The notes under the pieces were generated by a model that did no database searches, was not told the DNA's origin, and saw only the letters and a list, made by a program, of their open reading frames with translations. From positions 1,041 through 65,040 of the forward strand of contig JBDTWJ010000001.1 in NCBI GenBank assembly GCA_040006755.1: 64,000 nt of DNA. Direction: 5' to 3'. This document shows, piece after piece, positions 18,281 to 26,238 of the stretch. Source of the DNA: Ilumatobacteraceae bacterium. GTDB lineage: Bacteria > Actinomycetota > Acidimicrobiia > Acidimicrobiales > Ilumatobacteraceae. The position numbers and the translations under genes were made by a program. Position 1 is the first letter of the stretch. Every line of letters begins with the position of its first letter.

Positions 18281-18306
18281 TTGTCAAGTAAGTCACTACT
18301 TGACAA
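18281..18306. promoter_or_regulatory. perfect 10-bp inverted repeat TTGTCAAGTA-N6-TACTTGACAA
   Basis: Read directly from the sequence. Lies between the divergent lacI and ABC substrate-binding genes. Confidence 0.4.
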
Positions 18307-18330
18307 TGGTCCGTAGACCGCGGTTAACTC

Positions 18331-18344
18331 TGACAACGTTGACA
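18331..18344. promoter_or_regulatory. LacI-type operator-like site C (TGACAACGTTGACA)
   Basis: Contains the perfect palindrome CAACGTTG, close to the LacI/GalR consensus TGnAAnCGnTTnCA. Sits 25 nt upstream of the ABC substrate-binding gene start. Confidence 0.45.
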
Positions 18345-18368
18345 ATGTCACCTCCGAGGGGGAGAAAA

Positions 18369-19523
18369 ATGAGAGCAAAGTCCAAGCGCCTGCATACCGT
18401 CCGATCCATCATCGCCTTAGGTGTCGCCGCATCCTTCGCGGTGGCCGGGTGCGGCAGCGACAGCAAGTCGTCGTCGTCCGACACTGCCGCGCCCGGCGCG
18501 ACTGCTGCACCGGGTGACACTGCCGCTCCCGCGCCGTCGGGTGAGAAGATCGCCGTTTCGTTGATCACGAAGGACAGCACCAACCCGTTCTTCGTCGCCA
18601 TGCAAGCCGGGGCCAAGAAGGCCGGCGATGCTGCTGGTGTCGACATCACGATCGCGTCTGGCAAGGAAGAGGGCGACGACCAGGGGCAGATCGACGCCAT
18701 TGAGAACGCCATCGCCAGCAAGCAGGCCGGCATCCTCATCACACCGATGTCGACCGGCGTCAACGATGCCATCCAGAAGGCACGCGACGCCGGCCTGTAC
18801 GTCATCGCGCTCGACACGCCGACCGATCCGCCCGACGTCGTCGACATCACGTTCGCCACCGACAATCGCGAGGCGGGCAAGCTCATCGGCCAGTACGCCG
18901 CTGCCAAGCTCGACGGCAAGAAGGCCGTCATCGCGCTGCTCGACATCTTCGACGACAAGATCGTGTCCGTCGACTACAACCGCGATCAAGGCTTCCTCGA
19001 AGGCATGGGCATCGATGTTGCCGATCCAGTGAAGAACGGCGACGAAGCCAAGTCCGGTAAGTACACCGGCGGCAAGGGTGGAGACTACGAGATCGTCGGC
19101 AACGAAGCTACGGGTGCCAACGAAGAGGGTGGCCAGAAGGGCATGGAGAACCTGCTGGCGATCAATCCCGACATCAATGTCATCTACACCATCAACGAGC
19201 CCACCGCAGCGGGCGCCTTCGCGGCGTTGACGGCTGCCGGCAAGACGACCGCCGACTTCATCCTCGTATCGGTCGACGGCGGCAAGGCCGGCGTGCAAGA
19301 TGTCGCCGACGGAAACATCGCCGCCACTTCGCAGCAGTACCCGTTGAAGATGGCCGACCTCGGCGTGCAGGCAATCGTCGATTTCGTCAAGAACGGTACG
19401 AAGCCGGCGGTCAGCCCTGGTCTCGACTTCTTCAACACCGGCGTCACCTTGATTGCCAAGGAGCCCGTGACCGGCGTCGACAGCAAGGACCCGCAGTTCG
19501 GTCTCGACAACGCCTGGGGCTGA
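18369..19523 (+). CDS. sugar ABC transporter substrate-binding lipoprotein (ribose/fructose type)
   Basis: Signal peptide with a lipobox (FAVAGC) and a type-I periplasmic binding fold (KIAVSLITKDSTNPFF...). ATG 18369 is preceded by GAGGGGGAG. The upstream part of the 18228 ORF was rejected. Confidence 0.85.
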   Translation: MRAKSKRLHTVRSIIALGVAASFAVAGCGSDSKSSSSDTAAPGATAAPGDTAAPAPSGEKIAVSLITKDSTNPFFVAMQAGAKKAGDAAGVDITIASGKEEGDDQGQIDAIENAIASKQAGILITPMSTGVNDAIQKARDAGLYVIALDTPTDPPDVVDITFATDNREAGKLIGQYAAAKLDGKKAVIALLDIFDDKIVSVDYNRDQGFLEGMGIDVADPVKNGDEAKSGKYTGGKGGDYEIVGNEATGANEEGGQKGMENLLAINPDINVIYTINEPTAAGAFAALTAAGKTTADFILVSVDGGKAGVQDVADGNIAATSQQYPLKMADLGVQAIVDFVKNGTKPAVSPGLDFFNTGVTLIAKEPVTGVDSKDPQFGLDNAWG

Positions 19524-19555
19524 TCCGCGACGTCGTCATCGACAACTGTGATGTG

Positions 19556-19596
19556 ACAGCGGTAGGGCAGCACTCTTGTAGCGGCCCTACCGCTGT
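19556..19596 (+). terminator. intercistronic stem-loop (13-bp perfect stem) followed by TCTAGTTT
   Basis: ACAGCGGTAGGGC (19556-19568) pairs with GCCCTACCGCTGT (19584-19596). Lies between the binding-protein gene and the permease gene. Confidence 0.45.
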
Positions 19597-19628
19597 TCTA
19601 GTTTGGTGAAAGCCGACAACCCTGAAAG

Positions 19629-20663
19629 GTGGGCTTCGTGAGTGATGCCATCGCGGGCTACGACGCAGCGGAGGAGTTCCTCGACCGGCAATCCACGATC
19701 AAGCGTGTACAAGCGATCCTGCACACCTACCCGTGGTTGAGCCCGGCCATCGTCCTGGCGATCACCGTCGTCATCTTCCGGTTGCTGTCTTCAAATTTCG
19801 CGACGCCAACTGATCTCGGTGTCATCGCCCAGCAGACGGCGGTCGTCGGCACGTTGGCCATCGGCCAGACGCTGATCATCCTCACGGCAGGCATCGACCT
19901 GTCGTGTGGCGCAATCATGGTCTTCTCGTCGATGGTCATGGCGAAGCTTGCTTTCGATCAGGGCGTGCCGGGCCTCGCGGCGCTGATTATCGGCATCGTC
20001 GTCGGTGGCTTGGCTGGGGCGTTCAACGGCCTGCTGATCACGCGGATCAAGCTGCCTCCGTTCATCGTCACGCTGGGCTCGTTCGGTATTTTCACATCGC
20101 TCACCCTGCTGTACGCCACCGGTCGCACCGTGCGCAACACCGAGCTAGCCACCGAGTTGAAGTGGCTCGGACGATCGATCCAACTCGGTAGCTTCCGGGT
20201 CACGACGGGTGTGATCTTGATGCTCGCGCTGTATGCGGTGTTCGCGTATGTGCTGCGTTACACCGCGTGGGGTACGCACGTCTACGCGGTCGGCGACGAC
20301 CCCGACGCTGCCCGTCTCGCTGGTATTCAGATCAACCGCGTCATCCTCAGCGTCTACATCGTTGCGGGCTTGATCTTCGCGATTGCCGGATGGGTGCTGA
20401 TCGGGCGAGTAAATGCGGCAAGCCCCAACTCGGGAGTCGATTCCAACCTCGACTCGATCACAGCGGTCGTGATCGGCGGCACCAGCCTCTTCGGTGGACG
20501 CGGACGAGTGATCGGGTCATTGATCGGTGCCCTCATCGTCACCTCGGTCGACCACGGCTTGTCGGTCGCTCGCCTCGATCAGAACTTCAAGCAGCTCGCG
20601 ATCGGTGCCCTCATCATCGTCGCCGTCACTGCGGACCAATGGATTCGTCGGGCCAGGGCATGA
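19629..20663 (+). CDS. sugar ABC transporter permease (RbsC/FrcC-like)
   Basis: 344 aa, about 10 TM segments, and the AVVIGGTSLFGGRG motif of the branched-chain/ribose permease family. Confidence 0.88.
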   Translation: MGFVSDAIAGYDAAEEFLDRQSTIKRVQAILHTYPWLSPAIVLAITVVIFRLLSSNFATPTDLGVIAQQTAVVGTLAIGQTLIILTAGIDLSCGAIMVFSSMVMAKLAFDQGVPGLAALIIGIVVGGLAGAFNGLLITRIKLPPFIVTLGSFGIFTSLTLLYATGRTVRNTELATELKWLGRSIQLGSFRVTTGVILMLALYAVFAYVLRYTAWGTHVYAVGDDPDAARLAGIQINRVILSVYIVAGLIFAIAGWVLIGRVNAASPNSGVDSNLDSITAVVIGGTSLFGGRGRVIGSLIGALIVTSVDHGLSVARLDQNFKQLAIGALIIVAVTADQWIRRARA

Positions 20664-21481
20664 CAGAAACGACCACCACAGCCACGACAACGATCGTGCC
20701 CATCCTCGAGAGCGAAGGATTGGTCAAGACCTACGGGCGCGTGGTCGCTCTCGACGGTGTCGACTTCGCGTTGTACCCCGGCGAGGTGCTCGCCGTGATC
20801 GGCGACAACGGCGCCGGAAAGTCGACGCTCATCAAATGCCTCTCTGGTGCCGAGCTACCCAACGAGGGAGTGATGCGGCTCGACGGCGACGTCATCCAGT
20901 TTCGCAAGCCCATCGACGCTCGCAATGCCGGGATCGAGACCGTGTACCAGACGCTGGCCGTCGCGCCCGCGCTCGACATCGCCACCAACCTCTTCCTCGG
21001 GCGCGAGATTCGCAAGCCCGGCCCACTCGGCTCGGTCATGCGAATGCTGGAGGGCAGCGGCATGCGAAAGCGGGCCAAGGATCAGATGATGGCGTTGGGC
21101 ATCGGCACCTTGCAGAACATGGGCCAGGCCGTCGAGACGCTTTCCGGCGGCCAGCGACAGGCGGTCGCGGTCGCCCGGGCGGCCGCGTTCGGCAGCAGGG
21201 TGATCATCCTCGACGAGCCGACCGCCGCCCTCGGCGTGCGCGAGTCGGCTCAGGTGCTCAAGCTCATCATGCACCTCCGCGAACGTGGCCTGCCGGTCAT
21301 CCTGATCTCGCACAACATGCCGCAAGTGTTCGAGGTCGCGGACCGCATTCACGTGCAGCGACTTGGTCGGCGCGCAGCCGTCATCACGCCGCAGAGCGTC
21401 AGCATCACCGATGTGGTTGCCATCATGACCGGCGCACTGAAGGTCGATGTGGAGGACCAGACCCTCGGGCCGGTTCGCTGA
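20660..21481 (+). CDS. sugar ABC transporter ATP-binding protein
   Basis: Walker A GDNGAGKST, signature LSGGQRQ and Walker B ILDEPTAAL. ATG 20660 overlaps the permease stop (ATGA). Confidence 0.9.
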   Translation: MTETTTTATTTIVPILESEGLVKTYGRVVALDGVDFALYPGEVLAVIGDNGAGKSTLIKCLSGAELPNEGVMRLDGDVIQFRKPIDARNAGIETVYQTLAVAPALDIATNLFLGREIRKPGPLGSVMRMLEGSGMRKRAKDQMMALGIGTLQNMGQAVETLSGGQRQAVAVARAAAFGSRVIILDEPTAALGVRESAQVLKLIMHLRERGLPVILISHNMPQVFEVADRIHVQRLGRRAAVITPQSVSITDVVAIMTGALKVDVEDQTLGPVR

Positions 21482-21494
21482 CCTGGCGAGTCGC

Positions 21495-22130
21495 TCACGG
21501 TACGTGCACGACGACATCCGCCCGACTGCGACTGGCGGCGACGACTTTGGCATTCGCCTCGTCCGATCGCATCACCCACTCTTCGGCTTCATCCGGCGAT
21601 TTCCCGAAGTCGATGTGGCGGGCGATCAGACGCGGCACGCGTACCGCATCGTCGACATCGACGAACCACACCTCGTCGAGCAGCGGTCGCACCGCATTCC
21701 ATGGCGATTGATCCAGCAACAGATAGTTACCCTCGGTGATCACCAGGTTCGCGTCGGGAGGGATCTCGATCGCATCGTGTACCGGCGCGCTGGCGGCACG
21801 GTCGTAGCGCGGCGCAGTGACGATCTCGCCCGAACAGGCGCGCACCCGTTCGAGAAGCGCCACATATCCATCGACATCGAACGTGTCGGGCGCTCCCTTT
21901 CGATCACGCCTGCCGAGCCGCACGAGATCCTCGTTGAGCAGATGAAACCCGTCCATCGGAACGATGACACTGCACGTGATGCTGGATGTGATCGCAGCCG
22001 ACAACGTCGACTTGCCGGCACCCGGACAGCCGGCAATGCCGATCAGCACCCGCCCGCGGTGCGACAACTCCGCAGCACGTTCGATCACTCGTGGAACATC
22101 CAGTTTGATCACGAACGCGCTGGGCTCCAT
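21495..22130 (-). CDS. P-loop nucleoside/nucleotide-kinase family protein (FrcK-like)
   Basis: Walker A GIAGCPGAGKST and PMDGFH. Similar in layout to uridine/pantothenate-kinase-like 'fructose transport system kinase' proteins. ATG 22130 is used. The longer 22388 start lies inside the PfkB gene. Confidence 0.7.
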   Translation of the reverse strand: MEPSAFVIKLDVPRVIERAAELSHRGRVLIGIAGCPGAGKSTLSAAITSSITCSVIVPMDGFHLLNEDLVRLGRRDRKGAPDTFDVDGYVALLERVRACSGEIVTAPRYDRAASAPVHDAIEIPPDANLVITEGNYLLLDQSPWNAVRPLLDEVWFVDVDDAVRVPRLIARHIDFGKSPDEAEEWVMRSDEANAKVVAASRSRADVVVHVP

Positions 22131-23026
22131 TTGTGACCGAGCTCGGCACGTCGTGGCGGTTGAGCGCCGACTCGCGTGCAGCTGACTGCGGCCACTTCGA
22201 CTGCTGCGCACACGGCCGCGGACACCGCATCGCGATCGTGCAGATCCCTTCGACCGAGTTCCGCCTGATCCCACCATGCCGCAAAGGCACCCCCGAAAGC
22301 ATCTCCCGCACCGATGGTGTCGACGACCTCGACGGTTGGCACGGGAATGTCGATCTGGTCTGTCGGCCAATGCACGTGCACGCTGCACCCACCATCGGTG
22401 TGCAGTACCAGGCTCGCCCCGTCCTCGAGCAACATCCGGACACCGGACGAATGATCGTCGGGTGCGATGAAGTCGAGATCGTCGGTACTGACCTTCACGA
22501 CATCGGCCCGACGCAACATCCGCTCGAGACGGGCCATGTAGCCGACCCGGTCGGACGTGACGCGCGGTCGGCAGTTGGGATCGAGCAGCACGAGCACACT
22601 GTCGCCGATCCCCCCGACGACCGCCTCGAGCGTCGAAGCCATCGGTTGCAGCACGATGCCGAGTGTGCCGACATGAAGGATCGTGACGTTCTCGGGCAGC
22701 GGGAGCGGGTGGAGGTTCGGCGCCGCGGTCTCCGACAAGTAGAAGCGGTAGCTGGCGGCACCGTGCTCGTCGAGCTCGGCCGATGCCAACGTCGTGGGAA
22801 GTTCGGTGAATTGAACCAACGAGTCGTCGACTTGGTCGTCGAGCAGCCGAGCATGCAGCAGCGTTCCGAATCGATCACGCGACAGAGCGCCCAGGAAGGC
22901 GACCTCGCTGCCCAATCGACCGATGGCCCGCGCCGCGTTGAACGGGCCGCCACCGAGTTTGGCGGCGACGGAGCCATCCGGATCGATGACCAGATCAACC
23001 AAGGCCTCTCCGCCGACGACGATCAT
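22109..23026 (-). CDS. PfkB family carbohydrate kinase (fructokinase-like)
   Basis: GGGPFNAARA and DTIGAGDAFGGAF motifs. Its 3' end overlaps the next kinase gene by 22 nt. Confidence 0.85.
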   Translation of the reverse strand: MIVVGGEALVDLVIDPDGSVAAKLGGGPFNAARAIGRLGSEVAFLGALSRDRFGTLLHARLLDDQVDDSLVQFTELPTTLASAELDEHGAASYRFYLSETAAPNLHPLPLPENVTILHVGTLGIVLQPMASTLEAVVGGIGDSVLVLLDPNCRPRVTSDRVGYMARLERMLRRADVVKVSTDDLDFIAPDDHSSGVRMLLEDGASLVLHTDGGCSVHVHWPTDQIDIPVPTVEVVDTIGAGDAFGGAFAAWWDQAELGRRDLHDRDAVSAAVCAAVEVAAVSCTRVGAQPPRRAELGHKWSPARS

Positions 23027-23100
23027 CGTTCGGCTTCAGGAGAGGTCGCTGCACCCATGGGACGGACGCTATCCCCCGCTGATCCCAGTGATCGACGTCC

Positions 23101-23143
23101 GCGATGAGAGATGAGCCGGTCTGGGCGGCTCATCGCTCATCGC
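23101..23143. repeat. 43-nt palindromic repeat, copy 1
   Basis: GCGATGAGAGATGAGCCGGTCTGGGCGGCTCATCGCTCATCGC. The arms are complementary over 18 nt with one mismatch. Confidence 0.8.
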
Positions 23144-23162
23144 GTTTGCGACCACGTCGAGC

Positions 23163-23205
23163 GCGATGAGAGGTGTGCGGTCTCCGGCGGCTCATCGCTC
23201 ATCGC
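23163..23205. repeat. 43-nt palindromic repeat, copy 2
   Basis: GCGATGAGAGGTGTGCGGTCTCCGGCGGCTCATCGCTCATCGC. Same length and same termini as copy 1, 19 nt away. Ends 12 nt from the histidine kinase stop codon. Confidence 0.8.
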
Positions 23206-23216
23206 GTCGGGGTGGG

Positions 23217-24668
23217 TCAGACGCTGCTGGCAGGGGGTGGCAACGGCATCGCCGGCGACGGCGCCGGAGAGGGCGTCGATGTCGGGGGGCTGGGCGTGTT
23301 GGGAAGGGTTGGAAGCGTGAAGCCGACGGTACTTCCGCCACCCTGGCGGGCTACGGCGAAAACGGTGCCCCCGTGCGATTCGACGATGTCGCGCACGATC
23401 GCAAGCCCAAGGCCCGAGCCAGGCTGGCTGCGCGACGCCAACGACCGGTAGAAACGATCGAAGATGTGTGGCAGGTCGTCTGTCGGGATGCCAGGTCCGC
23501 GATCGCTGACGGCCACGCGGCCATCGTTGACCTCGACTTCGATCACGCCCGACGAGCCAGGATTTACCGTGCTGAACTTCGCGGCATTGTCCATGAGGTT
23601 CAGCACGGCGCGGTCGATTGCCGCGGGCCGGCACGACACCATCGACGCGTCGCCGACGACGGTCACCTCGCGACCGGTTCGGCGGCGCACACGTGCCGCG
23701 GCCTGCTCGGTGAGTGCTGACAGATCGCAGTCCTGCGCCGGCTCGTCGTCGCGCCGATCGGTTGCCAGCTCGACAAGCTCGTTGACGAGCGCTGTGAGTT
23801 CTCTTGTCTCACTGTCGAGGTCGTCGACCAACTGTTGACGAGCCTCTGGCGCGAGGTTCTCCAACCGTCGGAGCACGGCGACGTTGGTGCGCAAGCTGGT
23901 GAGAGGTGTGCGCAGCTCGTGACCGGCGTTCTGCACGAGTTGGTGCTGTTGATCCCGGCTGTGTGCCAGTGCACCGAGCATGCCGTTGAACGCCACACCG
24001 AGTCGAGCCGTCTCGTCGGAACCGCTCTCCGGCACCTCGAGATCGAGCCGACCGGTGATCGCCACGTCGTCCGCGGCCTGCGTCAGTCGTACCAAGCGGC
24101 GCGTGACCTGCCGGCCGATCAGCCATCCGGCGATCGCCGCGCTGGCGATCACCAGCCCGACCGACAGCCACGTGCGTGTACGAATGACAGCGAGCGCGCG
24201 CTGCGTCTCGCGTGCGGAGCGCGCGATCTGCACGGCACCAATGCCTTGGACGGGAACTGTCAGCATGCGATACGCCTCGCCGTCGATGGTGACATCGCGG
24301 GGATTACCGGTTCCGATGAACGAGCCGCTCGCGGTGGCGAGGTCGGCGGCATCGATCGGCAGCGCGCCGGACAAAGGTGATCGCACGATGGTGCCCGTGG
24401 GGTCGATGACCTGCGCGAGCACAGCATCGAAGAGGCGCCGGGGGCCGTCGCCTTCGTCGCCCCCGCGACTGGGGCCGGGGCCGGGGAAGCCGTCACCTCG
24501 CAACGAGCGCAACAGTTGCGAGGGGTTCTCGGCCGCGTCCTGCAACGATCGGTCGATCACCGCATTCAGCTCGGTGCGGGTGCTGATATAGGACGAATAG
24601 CCAACGGCTGCCGTGGCGCAAGTGGCCAACAGCATCAACGCAAAAATGATCTTGAGGCGCAGGCTCAC
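23217..24668 (-). CDS. sensor histidine kinase (TM-sensor-TM, HAMP, HisKA, HATPase_c)
   Basis: H-box NAGHELRTPLTSL, plus DRGPGIP and GSGLGLAIV boxes. Start set at GTG 24668 (GTGA overlap with the response regulator stop). Confidence 0.88.
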   Translation of the reverse strand: MSLRLKIIFALMLLATCATAAVGYSSYISTRTELNAVIDRSLQDAAENPSQLLRSLRGDGFPGPGPSRGGDEGDGPRRLFDAVLAQVIDPTGTIVRSPLSGALPIDAADLATASGSFIGTGNPRDVTIDGEAYRMLTVPVQGIGAVQIARSARETQRALAVIRTRTWLSVGLVIASAAIAGWLIGRQVTRRLVRLTQAADDVAITGRLDLEVPESGSDETARLGVAFNGMLGALAHSRDQQHQLVQNAGHELRTPLTSLRTNVAVLRRLENLAPEARQQLVDDLDSETRELTALVNELVELATDRRDDEPAQDCDLSALTEQAAARVRRRTGREVTVVGDASMVSCRPAAIDRAVLNLMDNAAKFSTVNPGSSGVIEVEVNDGRVAVSDRGPGIPTDDLPHIFDRFYRSLASRSQPGSGLGLAIVRDIVESHGGTVFAVARQGGGSTVGFTLPTLPNTPSPPTSTPSPAPSPAMPLPPPASSV

Positions 24669-25357
24669 GACGACCGCGCGGAATACCCGACGCCGCGCAC
24701 GGTGTGGATCAGTTTGGACTCGCCCGGTGGCTCGAGCTTGCGTCGCAGATACGAGATGTACACAGCGAGGTTCTTGCTGTCGGGACCGAAGTCGTACCCC
24801 CAAATGCGATCGTAGATGGTGGAGTGGTCGAGCACGATGCCTTGGTTGCGCAACAGGAGCTCCAGGAGATCGAACTCCGTCTTCGACAGGTCGATCTCGC
24901 GCTCGCCGCGCCACACACGCCGCGAGGTGGGGTCGAGACGCAGATCGACGAGTTGCACCGCGTCAGTCTCTGACTCATCGTCCGACTTGGTGCGCCTCAA
25001 CAGGGCCCGCAATCGAGCGAGCAACTCGTCGAGGTCGAAGGGCTTGGCAAGGTAGTCGTCCGCTCCCGCGTCGAGGCCGGCGACGCGGTCGGGGGTTTCC
25101 GTGCGAGCCGTCAACATCAGGATCGGCAACCGGTTCCGCTCGGCGCGGAGAACGCGGCAAACCGTCAGTCCGTCGATGTTCGGCATCATCACATCGAGGA
25201 TGGCCACATCTGGTTGGGTCGATTCGATGAGCGACAACGCCGTGTTGCCGTCGTTGGCTTGCACGACGACGTAGCCCTCGAGACCGAGGGCTCTGGTCAA
25301 GGCATCGCGGATGGCCCGATCGTCGTCGGCTACCAGTACTCGGGCGCTCATGATCAC
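24665..25357 (-). CDS. OmpR/PhoB-family response regulator
   Basis: Receiver domain (VLVADDD...DVAILDVMMP...MLTAR) and a winged-helix output domain (LSKTEFDLLELL...HTVRGVGY). Confidence 0.92.
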   Translation of the reverse strand: MIMSARVLVADDDRAIRDALTRALGLEGYVVVQANDGNTALSLIESTQPDVAILDVMMPNIDGLTVCRVLRAERNRLPILMLTARTETPDRVAGLDAGADDYLAKPFDLDELLARLRALLRRTKSDDESETDAVQLVDLRLDPTSRRVWRGEREIDLSKTEFDLLELLLRNQGIVLDHSTIYDRIWGYDFGPDSKNLAVYISYLRRKLEPPGESKLIHTVRGVGYSARSS

Positions 25358-25368
25358 TCATTCTGACC

Positions 25369-25402
25369 GGCCGGGATGACGAGGGAGGAAGTCATCCCGG
25401 CC
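25369..25402 (-). terminator. 12-bp perfect stem-loop downstream of the exported-protein gene
   Basis: GGCCGGGATGAC (25369-25380) pairs with GTCATCCCGGCC (25391-25402). There is no U-tract. Lies between gene 25414-26154 and the response regulator gene. Confidence 0.4.
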
Positions 25403-25413
25403 TGGCCGAGAAT

Positions 25414-26154
25414 TCAGTTGCCGGCGGTCGTGGGGGTCGTGTCAGCAGTGGGGGTGTCAGCAGTGTCGACGGGATCGTCGTCGGCGTCATTGTCGTGATG
25501 CCGTCCACCGAAACCAGGACCACCGGCCGGAGTGTTGTTGACGAACTCCGTCACACGGGTCGTGAGGTCGGCCAACCGCTGGTCGGCCTCCGCCTGGGTG
25601 AGCTTGCCAGCAGCGACTGCCTCGTTGATCCGCGTCGTGGACTCGGCGACGATCGCGTCGATCACGTCCTGTGCGGTCTTGCCGTTGCTGACGGCCAGCT
25701 CTGCAATTGTCTGCCCGCCTTGCAGCGCTGTGCGCACGTCGTCAGCGGTGATGCCGAGCGTGGTGGCGACGACATCGAGACCCGGGCCGGGTCTACGATG
25801 ATCACCAAGGCGACCGGGGCCACGATGGCCGCCCATCGGACCGGCAGCAACGAGTGCGGCGATGATCTTGTCGGCCTGTGCCTGGGTGATGGTGCCGTCG
25901 TCGATCAGTGGTTGCAGCACCGTCTGCAACCGCGTCGTCGCACCGGCCGCATCGGTCGCGGCGCCGGTGTCGGTAACAGCGGGGTCGGCGGCTGTCGTGG
26001 ACGTCGTCGAATCGTCCACCGCCGCGACGGCTGAAATGGCTGACGAGGCCCCGGCAGAGCCCGACATCTCGAGGATGTAACCAGCGCCTGCCCCAGCGAC
26101 CAAACCGATCGCCAGGCCCGTTCCTGCAAGCTTCTTCTTCATTCGTGTCTCCAA
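25414..26154 (-). CDS. exported protein of unknown function (CseA-position gene of the two-component module)
   Basis: N-terminal signal/anchor (KKKLAGTGLAIGLVAGAGAG). Two related segments (TITQAQADKIIAALVAAG and KLTQAEADQRLADLTTRV) and a C-terminal GGRHHDNDADDD tail. An alternative ATG lies at 26142. Confidence 0.55.
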   Translation of the reverse strand: METRMKKKLAGTGLAIGLVAGAGAGYILEMSGSAGASSAISAVAAVDDSTTSTTAADPAVTDTGAATDAAGATTRLQTVLQPLIDDGTITQAQADKIIAALVAAGPMGGHRGPGRLGDHRRPGPGLDVVATTLGITADDVRTALQGGQTIAELAVSNGKTAQDVIDAIVAESTTRINEAVAAGKLTQAEADQRLADLTTRVTEFVNNTPAGGPGFGGRHHDNDADDDPVDTADTPTADTTPTTAGN

Positions 26155-26189
26155 TTCAGTAGGGGTTGACGTGGTGCATCATCAACCAA

Positions 26190-26231
26190 GCAGGTGAGGT
26201 GACTACCCAAGCTGAGTTAAAGGCAGGTGAG
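26190..26231. promoter_or_regulatory. direct repeat GCAGGTGAG x2 (33-nt period) upstream of the exported-protein gene
   Basis: Copies at 26190-26198 and 26223-26231. OmpR-family regulators typically bind direct repeats. Confidence 0.3.
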
Positions 26232-26238
26232 AAAGGAC

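Noticed and set aside
23101-23205. Whether the repeated 43-mers are a CRISPR array.
   Set aside because: There are only two adjacent copies with a 19-nt spacer. The units are long perfect-arm palindromes, there are no cas genes, and the third copy is solitary. REP-like or terminator-like elements fit better.
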